From Schmidtea polychroa (Eukaryota): a DNA stretch of 64,000 nucleotides. The stretch is from the NCBI GenBank assembly GCA_044892525.1, contig CM097885.1, positions 51,028,001-51,092,000 of the forward strand, read 5' to 3'. Below the pieces are notes generated by a model that worked only from the letters and a program-made list of their open reading frames with translations, had not been told where the DNA came from and did no database searches. Each line of letters opens with the position of its first letter. The first letter of the stretch is position 1. A program made the translations under genes and the position numbers. Of this stretch, positions 27,891 to 41,984 are shown one piece after another.

Positions 27891-30800
27891 TTTTTCTTTT
27901 TATTTGTATTTTTGCATTATTTTATAATTCTCCGCAATTTTCTTGAAATATCGATAAAGTAATATTGTGAAACAATTTAAATTAAATCCGGAAGTTAAAT
28001 TAAAATATCAATTTAATAAAGAAATGCTGTTTGTATTATTATTATTTTGTTTAAAAAAAAGTTTTAAAAATAATTTATAAATAATAAATTTTTATTAAAA
28101 TATGACACTTGTTTTATTGCTAGGCATGGCCTGATAAATTCCGAACCTGTATGTTGGAAATATAACAGGAAAACAAGGACAACTGGTCAAAAACTTGTAA
28201 GAATTGTCGTAATGATTCAAGATGGTGGAGGTAATGATGAATTTATATTTATGGAGTTTAGCTAGTAGTAAATAATATTTCTTATACTAAATTGTTGTTA
28301 TATGTCAAATAAATGTTAAGAAATTATATATTTCCATTAAGAATAAGTAATTATAATTAATTTCAATTAATATTAGCGACATTTATTGATGTTTATTTTT
28401 TATTAAAGTTATTACTTGAAAACTGTATTAATGTACATCATATTAACAATAGAATAAATATCTTAAAACGTATGACATTATTTATATTCCGTAAACTAAA
28501 TAGGAAATTGTGAATTTCATTTAAATATAAATAAAAATTATTAATAAATATAAATAAAAAATAAATCATTTCGTGATTTCTCAAGAAAGAAGTAATCATC
28601 AAAGAACAAATGTTTTCAGAAAAATCTTTATATAAAATAATACTATTTGATTTCAATCATTATTATGGTTAACTAATTAAAACAACATTAATTTTTGTAT
28701 AATTTATAGAAAATAAAAATTCAAAAACATATAATCATAAGTTTCAACATTTAAAAAATCTACACTGTTTAAATAATTTATTGTTTAATTTATTGCAGAT
28801 CTAAAAATTACAAAATATTATAACTGATTAATATTATTAAAATATTAAAGTATTATCACTATTTAAGTTTTTCAGAAAAATATAAACTTTTAACCTCGAT
28901 AGATATAGGGATATTTATTTTAAATATCACAATTGCGGTAAAGTGACAAATGTGAAAATGTATTCAGATAATATATATGAAAACACAATCAATATTTCTG
29001 ATACGCAAATAATTTCTTGAAATATATATATATAACGTGTTTATAGAACTTTCGTGGACAATACTTTGTATGAAAGGTGTACCAGAATCAAACCTTTTGC
29101 GCACTACATCCATCTACATGAGTGGTTTTATACAAAAGACATTGCATTTTTCTACGTCGACGAAATCTTATCAAAATCTATAAAAAGGTGAAAATCGCAT
29201 GTGCAAGTATACTAAAAGTGTAAACTATATAAGGACGAATAAACGAGATTAGGAAAAAGGAAAATTGTTTGAATTAAAACATGGATAAAAGAAAGAGGTG
29301 CAAATTAAGTCTTAAGAACGTGCAAAACCAAAGCGTTCACATCGGGAAATATTGAATAGTCAGAATAAGCATTTTAATGCGATACTCGGAGTTTTGTAAA
29401 GTGTAGATTATAGGAATTTGAATACAAATATACGTTGCGTGTTGTTTGTCTAATTGTTTTTATAGAACACATGAAGTCAGAAACACTGACTTTAATATGT
29501 ATTTATTTGAAAACTCAACACTTGAATAAAGTTGTATAAGACTGAAAATTCCTCTCATATTACTATGCAATACATTGTTATAAATAAATTATATAAATAA
29601 TATTATATTTATACTTTGAACCATTTTTTTTTGAATAAGGTGGATCAGAAAAAAATTTATTTTTCTTTTATACAAATCATTCATTAATAATATTTTCAAA
29701 AAACAATGATTTGCAATTATTGTTTTAGAAATTCTCAATCGAACTGCAAAATGAATAAATCCTTATATTAAATATGATTTAAGAACTCTGCAAGAAAAAT
29801 AAAACTAGATTAATTTAGTAAAATAATTTATTACTTACAAATCATTATTAAATATTTTATTAAAAAAATAATAATTAAGCATGTCATAAAATACGCATAC
29901 AATACAACAAGTTCACACAAAAGTTTATAATATCAAACAATGAGAGTAAAATATATTAAAAATAAAATGATGTTTTTATGGAGTATTTCACTTGAAGAGG
30001 TAGTACATACATTTTCATTAAAACTTTTTCATTAATCGTTTAGAATTACTTAGGGACAGAAAATCTCCTTTCCAATATTCATTAGTTTATCCCCAATTTT
30101 CTCTGGAGATATCCTGTTTGTCATTTGCTGAAATCAATTGTATTTTTACATTTCTCAATTTTCTTAAATTTATTTTCAAAATTGCTTTTATTTCGTCTTT
30201 TCAAATTAAAAACATTTTCTTCATATTTAGTTATAGGCTTCTATTTGATATTTCAACATGATTATTAAGGATTATTATCATGATTATTATCAAAGAAAGC
30301 TCACAAATATTTAATTCATTTCAATTATTTATTAGTTTTAGATTATTATTTGGAGGTCATTTTTATATTAAAAGAATATCTGAAAAAAAACATTTTTTAT
30401 CCATATAATATAAATAACATAGATTTCATAAAATAAAAATGAGATAAAATTTCTTTTTCAAGAGTACTAGAAAGATTTTGGGTTGAAATCATGAGAATAT
30501 TCCCAGTAGAAATTTTCAAAAATATATTTTATTTTCTAAATTTTTTATCAATTTTTTAAATTTATTGTAAAGAGAGCTTGAAGACTATAATAAATCAGTA
30601 ATATATCGATGTTTTTTATACTCACGAAATTTCGGCACTGCCTTTTTCAAAAAACTTGACTATGAATCAGTAAAGATATCGATGCTTTTTTGATATTCAC
30701 GAACTCACGCCTAAAAGTCATGTTTTTTTAATAAATACAATCTCAATTGAAAATTAATCAGTGGTGAAAATTGAAAAAAGTTCTTTTATTATATATATTA

Positions 30801-31262
30801 TTCAAAAATTTAAACTAATTGGGGTACCCTAGACAAAATTATTTATAAAAGCATGATGGCAAATTGTCAAGCTGAAAAGAAATGGTTTATTCTATTAAGA
30901 ACTTTTCAACTTCTTCTGGGAAAATAATTCAATTAAAAATAATTATAACTCAAGTCTGTTTCCAAATATGAAATAAATGTGAAAATAGGTGTATATACAT
31001 ATATATAAATTATGTTAATAATTAATTGCTGTAAATAATATAGTCGGTTTTGGTACTTAAAAAATAATTGAAGACAAGACAATTATTTTTACCTATGATC
31101 TATATTTATAGTAAAATTTTGCAAATGTGTAATTATGTATATTATTTTAATAAGTTGAATGAAACTGGTTCAATGGATCCATGGAAAATGGCCTACAAGA
31201 AGTCGATTGCTTCTTTGCAGTGCAAGGATTTATCTTAAATACTGAGTAAGCATTTATTATTC

Positions 31263-34118
31263 TAGGGCTCCCTAGATGTAGGGTTTCTGGACTCGACTCG
31301 ACTTGACTTGGACTCGTCGAGTATTTGAGTAGTTATTCAGACTCGGGACTCGACTCTAACACTCGACGAGTTCCGAGTCCAAATTTTTAAAATTAAACAA
31401 AATAAGCGTCAATTGATTCGATACATTTCATTGTCGCTTACGCCTACATTAATATTCATTGTACAAAATTGGTTTGGTGTCAAATTTCTTTGTACGAATT
31501 TGCAGAACAATGGCACTTTTATTTTTCAACGTAAGAAACTAAAAAGCGATCAGAAGACTTTAAAACTCAATATTGAATGAAAATAAAAATCAAATCTATT
31601 TCATACCTGTTAAGAGTGTAGTTAGTGTAGTTTGTGTAGGTTAGTATGTCAGTAAAAATAAAATTAATTTCAAAAGTGCAAAACTTGGTTTTGAAGTTCC
31701 AATTTTTATAACACGTTTAACACATACAATATATGTAGCTACCCATACCTATTCATAGGCAATGACTCATAGCATAATAATTCATTATTATTTTGTTTTT
31801 GTGACAATTATTATAATTGACGAATCTGTTTTATCTATAATAAAAGGTAATTACTAATTGTTGAAATCAATTTATTATAAATTTTTAATTTATTTTTTCA
31901 GTCAGCTTAGAAACGAAACATCAAACGTTTGGGAATATTTCACTCAAGTGGAGAAAAGAAAAGCTGAGTGTAATACATGTAAAAACATTATAGGTATTGT
32001 TTATTCAAGTACAACATCGTTATTCAAATTTAGACAAAAGTGAACTGGAGGATGCTGATTGTTAAGTATGATCTTATCTATAATATGTTCTTATTAACTT
32101 ATAAACTAGTTGCTTTGTTAATTTGTTATTCTTAGAAATTGTTTTTGTTATAGGTAGGATCGTGTCTATAGTATGTTCTTATTAGCTTATAAACTAGTTG
32201 CTTTGCTAATTTGTTATTGTTAGAAATTTGTTGAGCCCAACCGAGGCGCCTGTAAAAAAACTGTCTCGGGACAGTTGGGGTGCTTGTATGTTTTTTTAGA
32301 TGATGTGAAAATAAATAACATTAAGAACAAATTGCTTAATTAACCTAAATTAAAAAATAACTTACAATATTCCAATAGTACAATGCATGATCAAAGTTCC
32401 GAATAGATAAATTGAAATAGTTAATATGCAGACGAATAATTATTATAGTCCAAATTCAATTCAAAAGTATTATATACAACAAAAGTCCCGAATAGATAAG
32501 TTTTATTATATATTCTTTTATTTTTCTCGAATTTCTCTTGTGTTTTTCAGCCGTAAGGTTTTCTCTTGTAGTTTCAGATAATTTATTGTTTCTTTCTTAT
32601 TAGTTTTAATTTATTGATATTTTTTTAAAATTCAATATTCTATAGCGATAAATATTATCGCTATATAGTTTTCTTAAATAAAAAACAAATAAATAAAATC
32701 TTTTTCACGTGCGACGTGTAAAATTATAATACACTTTGTACTAAAACCAACAAAAAGAGAAAAAGATAAAATATAACAATACATTACAAAGATGTTTATT
32801 TGTAATGGAGCAGGAGGTGATATTGAAAATTAAATTGAAAAAACCACAGAGGAGAGTATTCAAGAAATCGATTGTATCAATGAAATAATTAAGAATGTTC
32901 GAAAAATTGTTAAATTTTTTAGATTGTCTTCTGTCAGAAATGGGATATCACAAGAATAGATCAGAGCTAAACTGAGTCACAATCTTGAGTTATATTTAAA
33001 TTGTAATACTTGTTGGAATTTTCTTGGTAATATGATGATTATATTTGTTAAACTACAAAATTTCATTGAGGAATCTTTAATGGATCTCAACTTTTCACAC
33101 ATGCTTGATCACATCGATTTTAACGAGCTCAACTATCTCCAGAATTCGCTCGAACCTGCCAAAGTAGTAGTTGGGGTTTTAAGACGAAACGATACGACTC
33201 ATCATTCTGCTGGTATTACATTGGAATATATGAAAAGCAAAATTTTGAACTGTAAAGTAAAATTGCGTGTGAATTATGAGATAATATGGAGAAGAGAATT
33301 GATGAGCGAGTAAATTTAAATTTAATAAATTTGTTCATGGCGCTTAAAGATTCAAAATATGTACCTTCTTAACAGGTTTTAGACTTAGCCACACAATTAT
33401 TAAAAGGCTTTACCAAGTAAATGATAATAATGAATCAACGAAAACTTCACCAGACCAAGACTTAATATTAATTGAAAATCAAAACGCTAAAACTTTGACA
33501 ATGAAGGAAGAGCTTGAAATAATTTTGAAAAACTCAGCTGAGTCTCAACCTCCAAAAGAGTCCACGATTTATAGAAAACTAAAACAAGAATTTATTTTTT
33601 CAGAAATACTAGAAAACGAACTAGTAATCTTCATGAACTGTGCAACGCACTTTCGTCTATAAAACCAACTTCAACTTCTAATGAAAGAATGTTTTCAATT
33701 AATGGCAACTTCTGCACTAAAATCAGATCAAGACTTGCTGACAAATCTCTGAATTCATTAGTTTTTTAAAATATTTGTACCATAAACCAAAAAATAAAAA
33801 AGTAATTAAAAAAAATTTAATTAAATTATTACCTAAATTACGTTAATGTTCAAATAGTTATATTATGTATCTAGTTTGAAAGCTTATTAAGTTTTGAAAA
33901 TAAATGAATTAATTAATAAATTTGAGTACATTTTCTTCTTAATTTCTTGGCAAAACAACTAAATCACAAATTCCAGTTGAATTGAAAATCATATAATATT
34001 ATTTTATCAGATTCTTGTAATATATTTTGTTAAAGACAACGGACTTGGACTCGAAGAGTATTTAAAATTTTGGACTCGGGCTCGTTGTGTCTTAAAACCC
34101 GAGTTTTTAGAAGCCCTT
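31263..34118 (+). mobile_element. Degenerate hAT transposon (BED finger type)
   Basis: TIR-like ends TAGGGCTCCCTAGA / TTTAGAAGCCCT, subterminal GACTCG repeats, BED finger SNVWEYF...CNTC, C-terminal PTSTSNERMFS...RSRL. Many stops; no TSD seen. Confidence 0.8.
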
Positions 34119-34769
34119 TCCAGGTCTTATTAAAGCTGCCTTTCAGATGTAATTCATTTAATTACAAATACAAATATTTACTGTCTGATTAAGTATTTTA
34201 AATCTCTGTTCTGCTCACAGGATAAGATATACTACTCATAAATTAATATGAAAATAGCAATTTCTACTGTTTATTCATTTGACGAAAATTGTACCTCATA
34301 TATCTTCTCTCTCGATGAGATAATTGTTTGTTGTATAAATACGAACTTCCTGTCCAGTTATCAACAATATACCTAACCGCGAAAGTTAACATTGTCTACA
34401 CCTAATTCCACATGTTAAAAGTCTCTATAATACATGGTGTGTTCATCAATCGATGACTCACCATTTATGAGAGAGTTTATTTCATTTTTTGATTTTCAAT
34501 TCAATTTTATTTATGATTTTAGAAGTAAGTTTTTTAAATTTAAGTATATTTTAAGGCTTGAATTTTGATTTTATATAATTATGAGATCATTATTCAAGCT
34601 CTTAAATATTACTTGTAATCAGCATTTATAATATATTGATAATTAAATTTCAGGTGCTTTTTTAGGTATTTTATGATATGTTATGAATTTGGAATTATTT
34701 CAATAAAATGTAAGTTATATATATTTTTAACTAAAAAGAAATAAAATAATCACCAAACACATTTATTTT

Positions 34770-35245
34770 TTAAGAAATAATGGTTCTAATCGATTTTTTG
34801 GAGATTCCCAGTAATCTTCCAAAATCTTTATAATTTTCTCCATTTTCATATGCATTGATGAGACGGATTTTGTCATTTTCTGAAATTCTTTGAAAATATT
34901 ATTTTTTTAAAATAAGTTATTAAAATTTACGATTTTCGAATTATTTTCTTCAATTCCAAAGATGTCGATGGAACTTGTTGAATATCTTCACACAAAGGCG
35001 TTTGACTAGAAATATCTGATATGCTGTAAAATATTTTAATTATTTGTAATTAAATGAAAAAATTCTTACATTGTCAGATCTTCACCTTCGCAAAATGGAA
35101 ATGTCTCCAAAGAAATATCTGAAAATCTAAAGAAATATTAACTTCAAAAATATTTTATAAATAGATCTTACGATGTTTTGTCGTCCATTTTTCGAAAACT
35201 CAAAGTTGAGTTGTCAGATTCAAAATCCAAATTTTTTTCAGCCAT
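34770..35245 (-). CDS. Small 4-exon gene (~115 aa) with a C-terminal helix-turn-helix-like segment
   Basis: Three short GT-AG phase-2 introns give an open frame: MAEKNLDFESDNSTLSFRKMDDKTS/FSDISLETFPFCEGEDLTI/ISDISSQTPLCEDIQQVPSTSLELKKIIRKS/ISENDKIRLINAYENGENYKDFGRLLGISKKSIRTIIS*. AATAAA follows the stop. Confidence 0.6.
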
Positions 35246-35921
35246 GAATTTTAATAATTTTAAATTAATGATATGTTAACAGTATGTTAATGACTCTCTA
35301 CTTTCGGAATAAAAAAAGCTATATTAAATTTGCGTGAATTTTATAATATGTGTGCTGTGTTTGTATGTAAAATTATTTTTCTGTCACTTTCTCAATTCCT
35401 ATAATAAAACTTTTAACATTCGGAACATTAAATTTTTGCACACAGGTAAGTTTGTGTGTTTCTATAATATAATTTTATCGACTTTTTTTAGATTATAGAA
35501 ACTTTTATATTGTGGATTTAGGTGTATAATATACGTTGGTGTGCACACCACCTGAATGAGTCACCAATTATATGACAATGTTAACTTAATTTCATTTTTT
35601 CAATTTTTCAAAAATCGTTTTAAGGTAATTTTTGAATTGAAGTAATTTTTAGGACTTGAATTTTGATTTTATATAATTATGAGATCATTATTCAAGTTCT
35701 TAAATATCACTGTTAGTCAGCATTTATAATATTGATAATATATAACATTGATAATTAAATTTCGGGTGTTTTTTTAGGAATTTTATGGTATTTTATTTGG
35801 ATTTATTTGGATTTATTTCGTAAAAATGTAAGTTAGATATTTTTATAATTATAAATAAGTAAAGTAATCACTAAACATTTATTTTTTAAAGACATTTAGT
35901 AAAGAATGGATAAAACATTTT

Positions 35922-36192
35922 TTAAGTTTTTGTAATCTTCTTTCGAATTTTTTCTTTTTCTGTAATTCTATGAAAATATTAATTTGTTAAAATAATTTAT
36001 TAAAATTTACGATTTGCGATTTTTTTCCTGCAAATTCAAAGATGTCGAAGGATCTTCTTCAATATCTGTAAATCTAAAGAAATTTTATATTCTAAATTAT
36101 TTTATAATTAAATCTTACGATGTATTTACTTCTTTTTCCCTAAAGCTCAAGGTAGAGCAGTCAGAATCTGATTCAAAAGTTTTTTTGTACAT
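35922..36192 (-). pseudogene. Tandem paralogue of the small HTH gene, 3 exons, HTH lost
   Basis: MYKKTFESDSDCSTLSFREKEVNTS/FTDIEEDPSTSLNLQEKNRKS/ITEKEKIRKKITKT*, same phase-2 splice sites, within a ~1.0-1.1 kb tandem duplication. Confidence 0.55.
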
Positions 36193-36551
36193 AACTTTTC
36201 AAATAATTTGAAAATATTGATATGTTAATTATATGTTAATCAATGTATATTTCGCATGAAAAACACTTTACTTAATTTTGTATGTATTTTTCATTATGTA
36301 TGCTGTGTTTGTATGCTTAATTATTTTCTCTCACTTTTTAGATTCCTATAATAATAATGTTAAATTTCGCAGCATTAAATTTCTACACACAGGTAAGTTG
36401 GTGTGTTCCTATAATATATATTTATTGATTTTTTTTTAGATTATAGATAATGTTATATTTCGCAGTTAGGTGTATTAGTATGTTTGTTTCTCATTCCGTT
36501 AGTTGTTTTTGAAAAATGATTGAATATATGTGCTTGTGTCTCAGGTTCTAT

Positions 36552-39500
36552 CAGGCCCGACGCTAGAGTATTTGGCGCCCTAGGCAAACTAAAAAAATGG
36601 CGCCTCTAGTCTAGAAACAAACCCAATAATTAAAGAAGTAAATGAAAATAAAATAACTATACTTCATTTATTTATTACACAAAAATATATATAAAAACAA
36701 AAACCATTTAAAATTTAATTTTTCGTGCTTTTAGTTTAGCGAAATCTTCAAGCAGCAACTTCGTATCTATATCACGCGCCATTTCGTGTTCAATCGACAA
36801 TATTGCTAATCCCACAAGCCGTTCTTGTGACATTGTAGATCTTATATATGTTTTGATCTGTTTAAGCTTCGAAAAGCTTCGTTCACCGCTTGCCACAGAA
36901 ACTGGTAGGGTTAATAAAATTCGCAAAGCAACAAATATATTTGGAACGCTGTCCACTATATTATTTTTACAAATATAATTAAGTACATCTTCCGGCAATA
37001 AGTTTTTTGGAATATGTCTAGCTATAAATATCAATTCGTTCAATAAATCTGTACCATCAATATCTTTAGAATCATCGTGCCGTAAAAAATTTTCCAGTTT
37101 AAGACAATCCTCTAATATTTTCTTTGACGAAATATATTGCAAATTATGTATGTTGTATAGAAATCCAAATGTTGAATTTATCGTTGACATTTGGGTGAAT
37201 CTTTGCTCAACAGATTTTAAAGCTCTATCCAAAACTGCGAAGTAAAAGCTGATCTTAAATTTTTCTTTTGGGTTCTGAATGGGCTCATCGTTGGCTTCAT
37301 ATTCGAACTGTTTTTTTTGTTTTCTGATACGCTGAGTTTGTTTAAAGATTGGGGAAATTTCTGATTCTTCAGCAAGTTCTCGCGCATCTACCAATATTCT
37401 TTCAAAACCTTCATCATTTCGGGAGTTGAATAGAAATTTTTTGGTATCTTCTAGTAGCTTCATAGCATCTTGAATATTAATTTTCTCAGATTGAAGTTGT
37501 TTGCTTGTAATATTTATGTTGAAAAGAATATCATACCAGATAATAACAGAAACTACAAACTCGAAATTCGAAATAGCTTTAGCAAGGCCCTGTGCTTCTA
37601 TACGTGAAGTATTACCAGAAACTCCTGTTTGAGAAGTATCTTGAAAAATATCAATAAGTGCAGCAATAACTTTACTTAGCTGATAGCGTAGAGGTTTAAG
37701 GGCATCGATTCGGCTCTCCCATCTTGTATCGCTCAATGGCTTCACTGTCAAGTTTGAAGCATGACGTTTTAAAACTTCCCATCGACGTGTTGAAGCGGCA
37801 AAATAGACATATATTCGTTGCACTAACATAAAAAATGATGTAGCATCTAAACAACAGCTTACACGTCATTAACAACCAGATTCAAAGAATGCGCAGAACA
37901 AGGAACAAATAGTGCTCGTGGATTTAGATTCAGAATTCGCCGTTGCACGCCATTTTCTTTGCCTTTCATATTGCTACCATTATCGTATCCTTGGCCACGC
38001 AAGTTCTCAATAGGTAATGACATATCTGCTAACATCTGAACGATTTCATCGGTCATACCAGCACCAGTTGTATCTGTTAGTTTCACAAATCCCAAAAAAT
38101 GTTCTCTTATGCATATGGGATCTAAATCACAATTTTCTGTATTTGTATGGACAAAACGAATAATCAACGTCATTTGTTCAGTATGGCTAACGTCTGGTGT
38201 GCAATCCAGGATTATTGAAAAATATTTAGCCATGGAAATCGATTTTAAAATTTTTGTTTTAATACTCTTAGATAAAAGTTGTATTAACTCATTCTGAATA
38301 TCTTTTCCCAAATAATGAACTTGTGTTTCATTGTTCTTTATTCTGCGAAGATGCTCACCCATAATTGGATCAAAAGAGGCCAAATATTCTACAAAGCTAA
38401 GGAAGTTTCCATTTCCAGGAGAATACAATTTTTCATTGCTTCCGCGAAATGCAATATTTTGCGTAGCAAGCACTTTAACTAGACCTATAAGACGCTCTAA
38501 GACTTGTTGCCAGTGTCTCTCTTCTTGTTTTATGAGACGCAAATTATCCTGGTCAATAGTTTTATTCTTTTTTAAACGCAATTCTAGCTCCTTCCAAGTT
38601 TGAAAATTAATTAAATGATCCTTATTTTTCTCATGTCTTTCTAAAATTACAGACATATTTTTCCAATCGCTTGATTCTTTATCGGAGAGATGTATTACAC
38701 GCTGGTTATTATTAAAAATTTTGCAACAAAAGCAGAAAGCCGAATTAGTTGTTTTGGAATACTGTAGCCAATGACGCCGCATTTCTTCTCCATTTGCAAG
38801 TCTCCTATAAAAATTCATTGAAAATTTTCTATGGCTCTCATTTTGAGGAAAATCAAATTCTTCAATTTGTTCTGGTCCGTGTTCAACCAAAATTTGCCTC
38901 AAACGGCCAGAACGTAAGTCATGTGAATTTAACCAAGTTGCCGGATCACTATAATCAAGACTCGAATTTACGCTTTCTAATATTTCCAAAGTTTCATTAA
39001 TTAAAATTTCTTCAGTGTCTTCTATAGTTTCTAATACAATTTCTTCTATAGGTTCTTCAACAGTTTCTTCAATTGTTTCAACTTCAGTTTCTTCTATAGT
39101 TTCTTCCACATTCGTATGTGGAAACTCAGTCAAAATAGGCACCTCTGCATTTCTAGTTGTAGAGTTCCTATCCATTTGCTCTTCCAAATTGCAGTATACT
39201 TGTTTTCTCGGAGTCATTTCATTTCGATTTTTATCTTGTGATTGTTGACGACAAATATATTTCAGAAAAGCACCTTCTTGCTTTTTTTCTTCATTTTTCT
39301 TTTCAGCTTTACGTTTTCTATTTTGTGCGCCAGATAATTTTTTTCTATCTGCCATTATGCTACCTCAAGTAAAAATTAATAGAATATAATAGATTTAATA
39401 ATAGGTGTAGAAAAATCCAATATAAATTAAATTACTGTGTTGTATATATGTAAAAATTATACTGGAAGTACGACCGAAATTATATATACTTTAAATAAAA

Positions 39501-39830
39501 AAAATTTGAGCCCTGCACTAATTAAATTTTATTTTTTTTTTCACTTTCTGTTTATTTATTTTTTAACTTTTTTAACATTTACTTTAGTCTTTTAAAACTT
39601 TACTGCATGTGACTTTATTCTTTTAAAATAAAACTAAAAATTATTGCGTAATTTAAAAAAATTTCAGAGCATGCTATATGCTAAATTTTTTTTAAAACCG
39701 CTTTTCAGTTAACTTTTTTGAACTTGCAAAATATTTTTTTAAATCGATTTTCCGTTGTATTTTTTTAAATTTTAAAAGAAATAAGTAATCGGTATCGGAC
39801 TAAAACAACGATGGAATTACATGTTTTACG

Positions 39831-39874
<44 letters not shown>

Positions 39875-40024
39875 AATTCATACATATGTATATATCAATA
39901 TAAAGATAGAAAGTTTATAAAATATTTAATTTACTTGATAAAAAAAGCAGAACTATTTGGCGCCCGCTTGTAAATCGGCGCCCTAGGCTGCTGCCGACGT
40001 CGCCTATGCCTAAAACCGGGCCTG
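36552..40024 (-). mobile_element. Full-length hAT DNA transposon (ZMYM1-like transposase)
   Basis: TIR CAGGCCCG/CGGGCCTG; perfect 8-bp TSD GGTTCTAT at 36544-36551 and 40025-40032. Confidence 0.97.
36708..39355 (-). pseudogene. hAT transposase with a single 1-bp frameshift at ~37860
   Basis: AFCFCCK (TTF finger), FSIILDCTPD, GQGYDNG, CSAHSLNL, TRWESR, SGERSFSKL. Confidence 0.93.
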
Positions 40025-40969
40025 GGTTCTATGTTGCAAAATCTGCACTTGGTGCTCATATTTTCTATAATTCTATATCCACTATCATTAAGGCTTATCA
40101 TGTTGTTTCTTGTCTTAACCAAAAAGAAGTATTGTTTGTCTGTTAGGGTGTGTGATTTGATTAAGTGAGCTGATTGTCTATTTGCTCCTATTGTTAAATG
40201 TAACTTTGGGAAGTCATCTGGCACCATTGGTCTGCATACCATTCTCCTGTTTGTTCGTGTATTTTTGCGGATGCTTCTGTAAAGTTTGTTTCATTTATGC
40301 TCTCTGTATAGTTTTTTGCCTTAATGTGTAAGCTGTATTTATTATTATTTAGCGCGAGTGTGATTTTAATGCCAAACTTTTCATTTATTCTTCGTATTGC
40401 AAACCGAAATTTGCTGAATAGAGTCTTGGTTGCTGATGTGACTCCTTTGATATCTGCATTAAGTCATCGGAGTGTGTGATCTATACCTATTGTTGTGTGT
40501 TTAGCTTTAGCTGCAGCCATCATTTGTTTTATTATAAATTCCTTCATTCCAATATCACTTAAGATCAGGATCTTAATGAGGTGTGTGAGGCCTTGTATCG
40601 TGTATTCATCTATGCTTGGTACTATGCCTAATCATCCTAGTTTGCAGTGTGTGCATATAAAGTTTTTATTAATATTTTGATGTATGTCGTCTAATGTGTC
40701 TTTTATTAATCGTTTAATTTTTTGATCATATCCTAGTTGTTTGGGTCGATTTTGTACAAATTTGTTTCTATTGCTGATTCTATTGTTAATGCACTATTGT
40801 TAGTGAATGAATGTTTTTTATGCTTGTAGTATTTGTGCAGGGTGTAGGTCAGATGTCATGATTTTTGTTGTATCTTCTATTGCTTTCTCTAGTAAGTAGG
40901 TAGTTAGTAGCGTACTGCAACAATTACCCCCCCCCCCCCAGGGGGGGGGGTTGTTGCAACTTTTGATTA

Positions 40970-41975
40970 CGCAATTTTTCAGACTATAGTGAGGGGGTCT
41001 CGATGGTCCTGGGATTATCAATACAAAAAATTTTTTTCAATACAAAAACGATGGTCCTGGGATTTTCAATACAAATAAAATTTTTTCTATACAAAAATCC
41101 GACTATCAATAAAAAAGTCAAGGATTTATCACACTATAGTGAGGGGGTCTCGATGGTCCTGGGATTTTCAATACAAAAAAAATTTTTTCAATACAAAAAG
41201 GCGGTCTCACTAAAAAAGCCAAGGATTATTCACACTATAGTGAGGGGGTCTCGATGGTCCTGGGATTTTCAATACAAATAAAATTTTTCAATACAAAAAT
41301 CCGACTACCACTAAAAAAGCCAAGGATTTTTCAGACTATAGTGAGGTGAGTCTCCTTGGTCCTGAGAAATAGGTGGTCTACACTAAAAAAGCATGGTAAT
41401 TTAAGGTCTCAGGATATTTTCAATACAAAAAGCTGGTCTACACTAAAAAAGCATGGTAATTTAAGGTCTCAGGATATTTTCAATACAAAAGCTGGTCTCA
41501 ATAAAAAAGCATGGATTATTCAGATTATAGTGAGGTGGGTCTCTTGGTCCTGAGAACTTCAATACAAAAAGGTGGTCTACACTAAAAAAAAACAGTGGCA
41601 ATTTAAGGTCTCAGGATATTTTCAATACAAAAGCGGGTCTTCAATAAAAAAGCATGGTAATTTAAGGTTTCAGGATATTTTCAATACAAAAAGCTGGTCT
41701 CAATCAAAAAGCATGGATTATTCAGACTATAGTGAGGTGAGTCTCCTTGGTCCTGAGAAATAGGTGGTCTACACTAAAAAAACGTGGTAATTTAAGGTCT
41801 CAGGATATTTTCAATACAAAAATCCATCTACCAATAAAAAAGCATGGTAATTTAAGGTCTCAGGATATTTTCAATACAAAAAGGTGGTCTACACTAAAAA
41901 CGCCAAGGACTTTTCAGACTATAGTGAGGTGAGTCTCCTTGGTCCTGAGAAAAAGGTGGTCTACACTAAAAAATA
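40970..41975 (+). repeat. Complex modular tandem array (~30/60-bp modules)
   Basis: Recurrent CAGACTATAGTGAGG, GGTCCTG, TTTAAGGTCTCAGGATATTTTCAATACAAAA. Confidence 0.9.
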
Positions 41976-41984
41976 GTGCTAAAT

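Larger units (their letters stand above)
36485..40895 (-). mobile_element. Fragment of an RLE-type non-LTR retrotransposon, interrupted by the hAT
   Basis: Minus strand SDLHPAQILQA...LG.LGIVPSIDEY. Removing the hAT and one TSD copy restores the knuckle KCRFCNIEPETQAHIFNH. Confidence 0.7.

Noticed and set aside
32229..32733. Possible solo LTR inside the hAT relic (TG...CA)
   Set aside because: No TSD and no second copy in the window.
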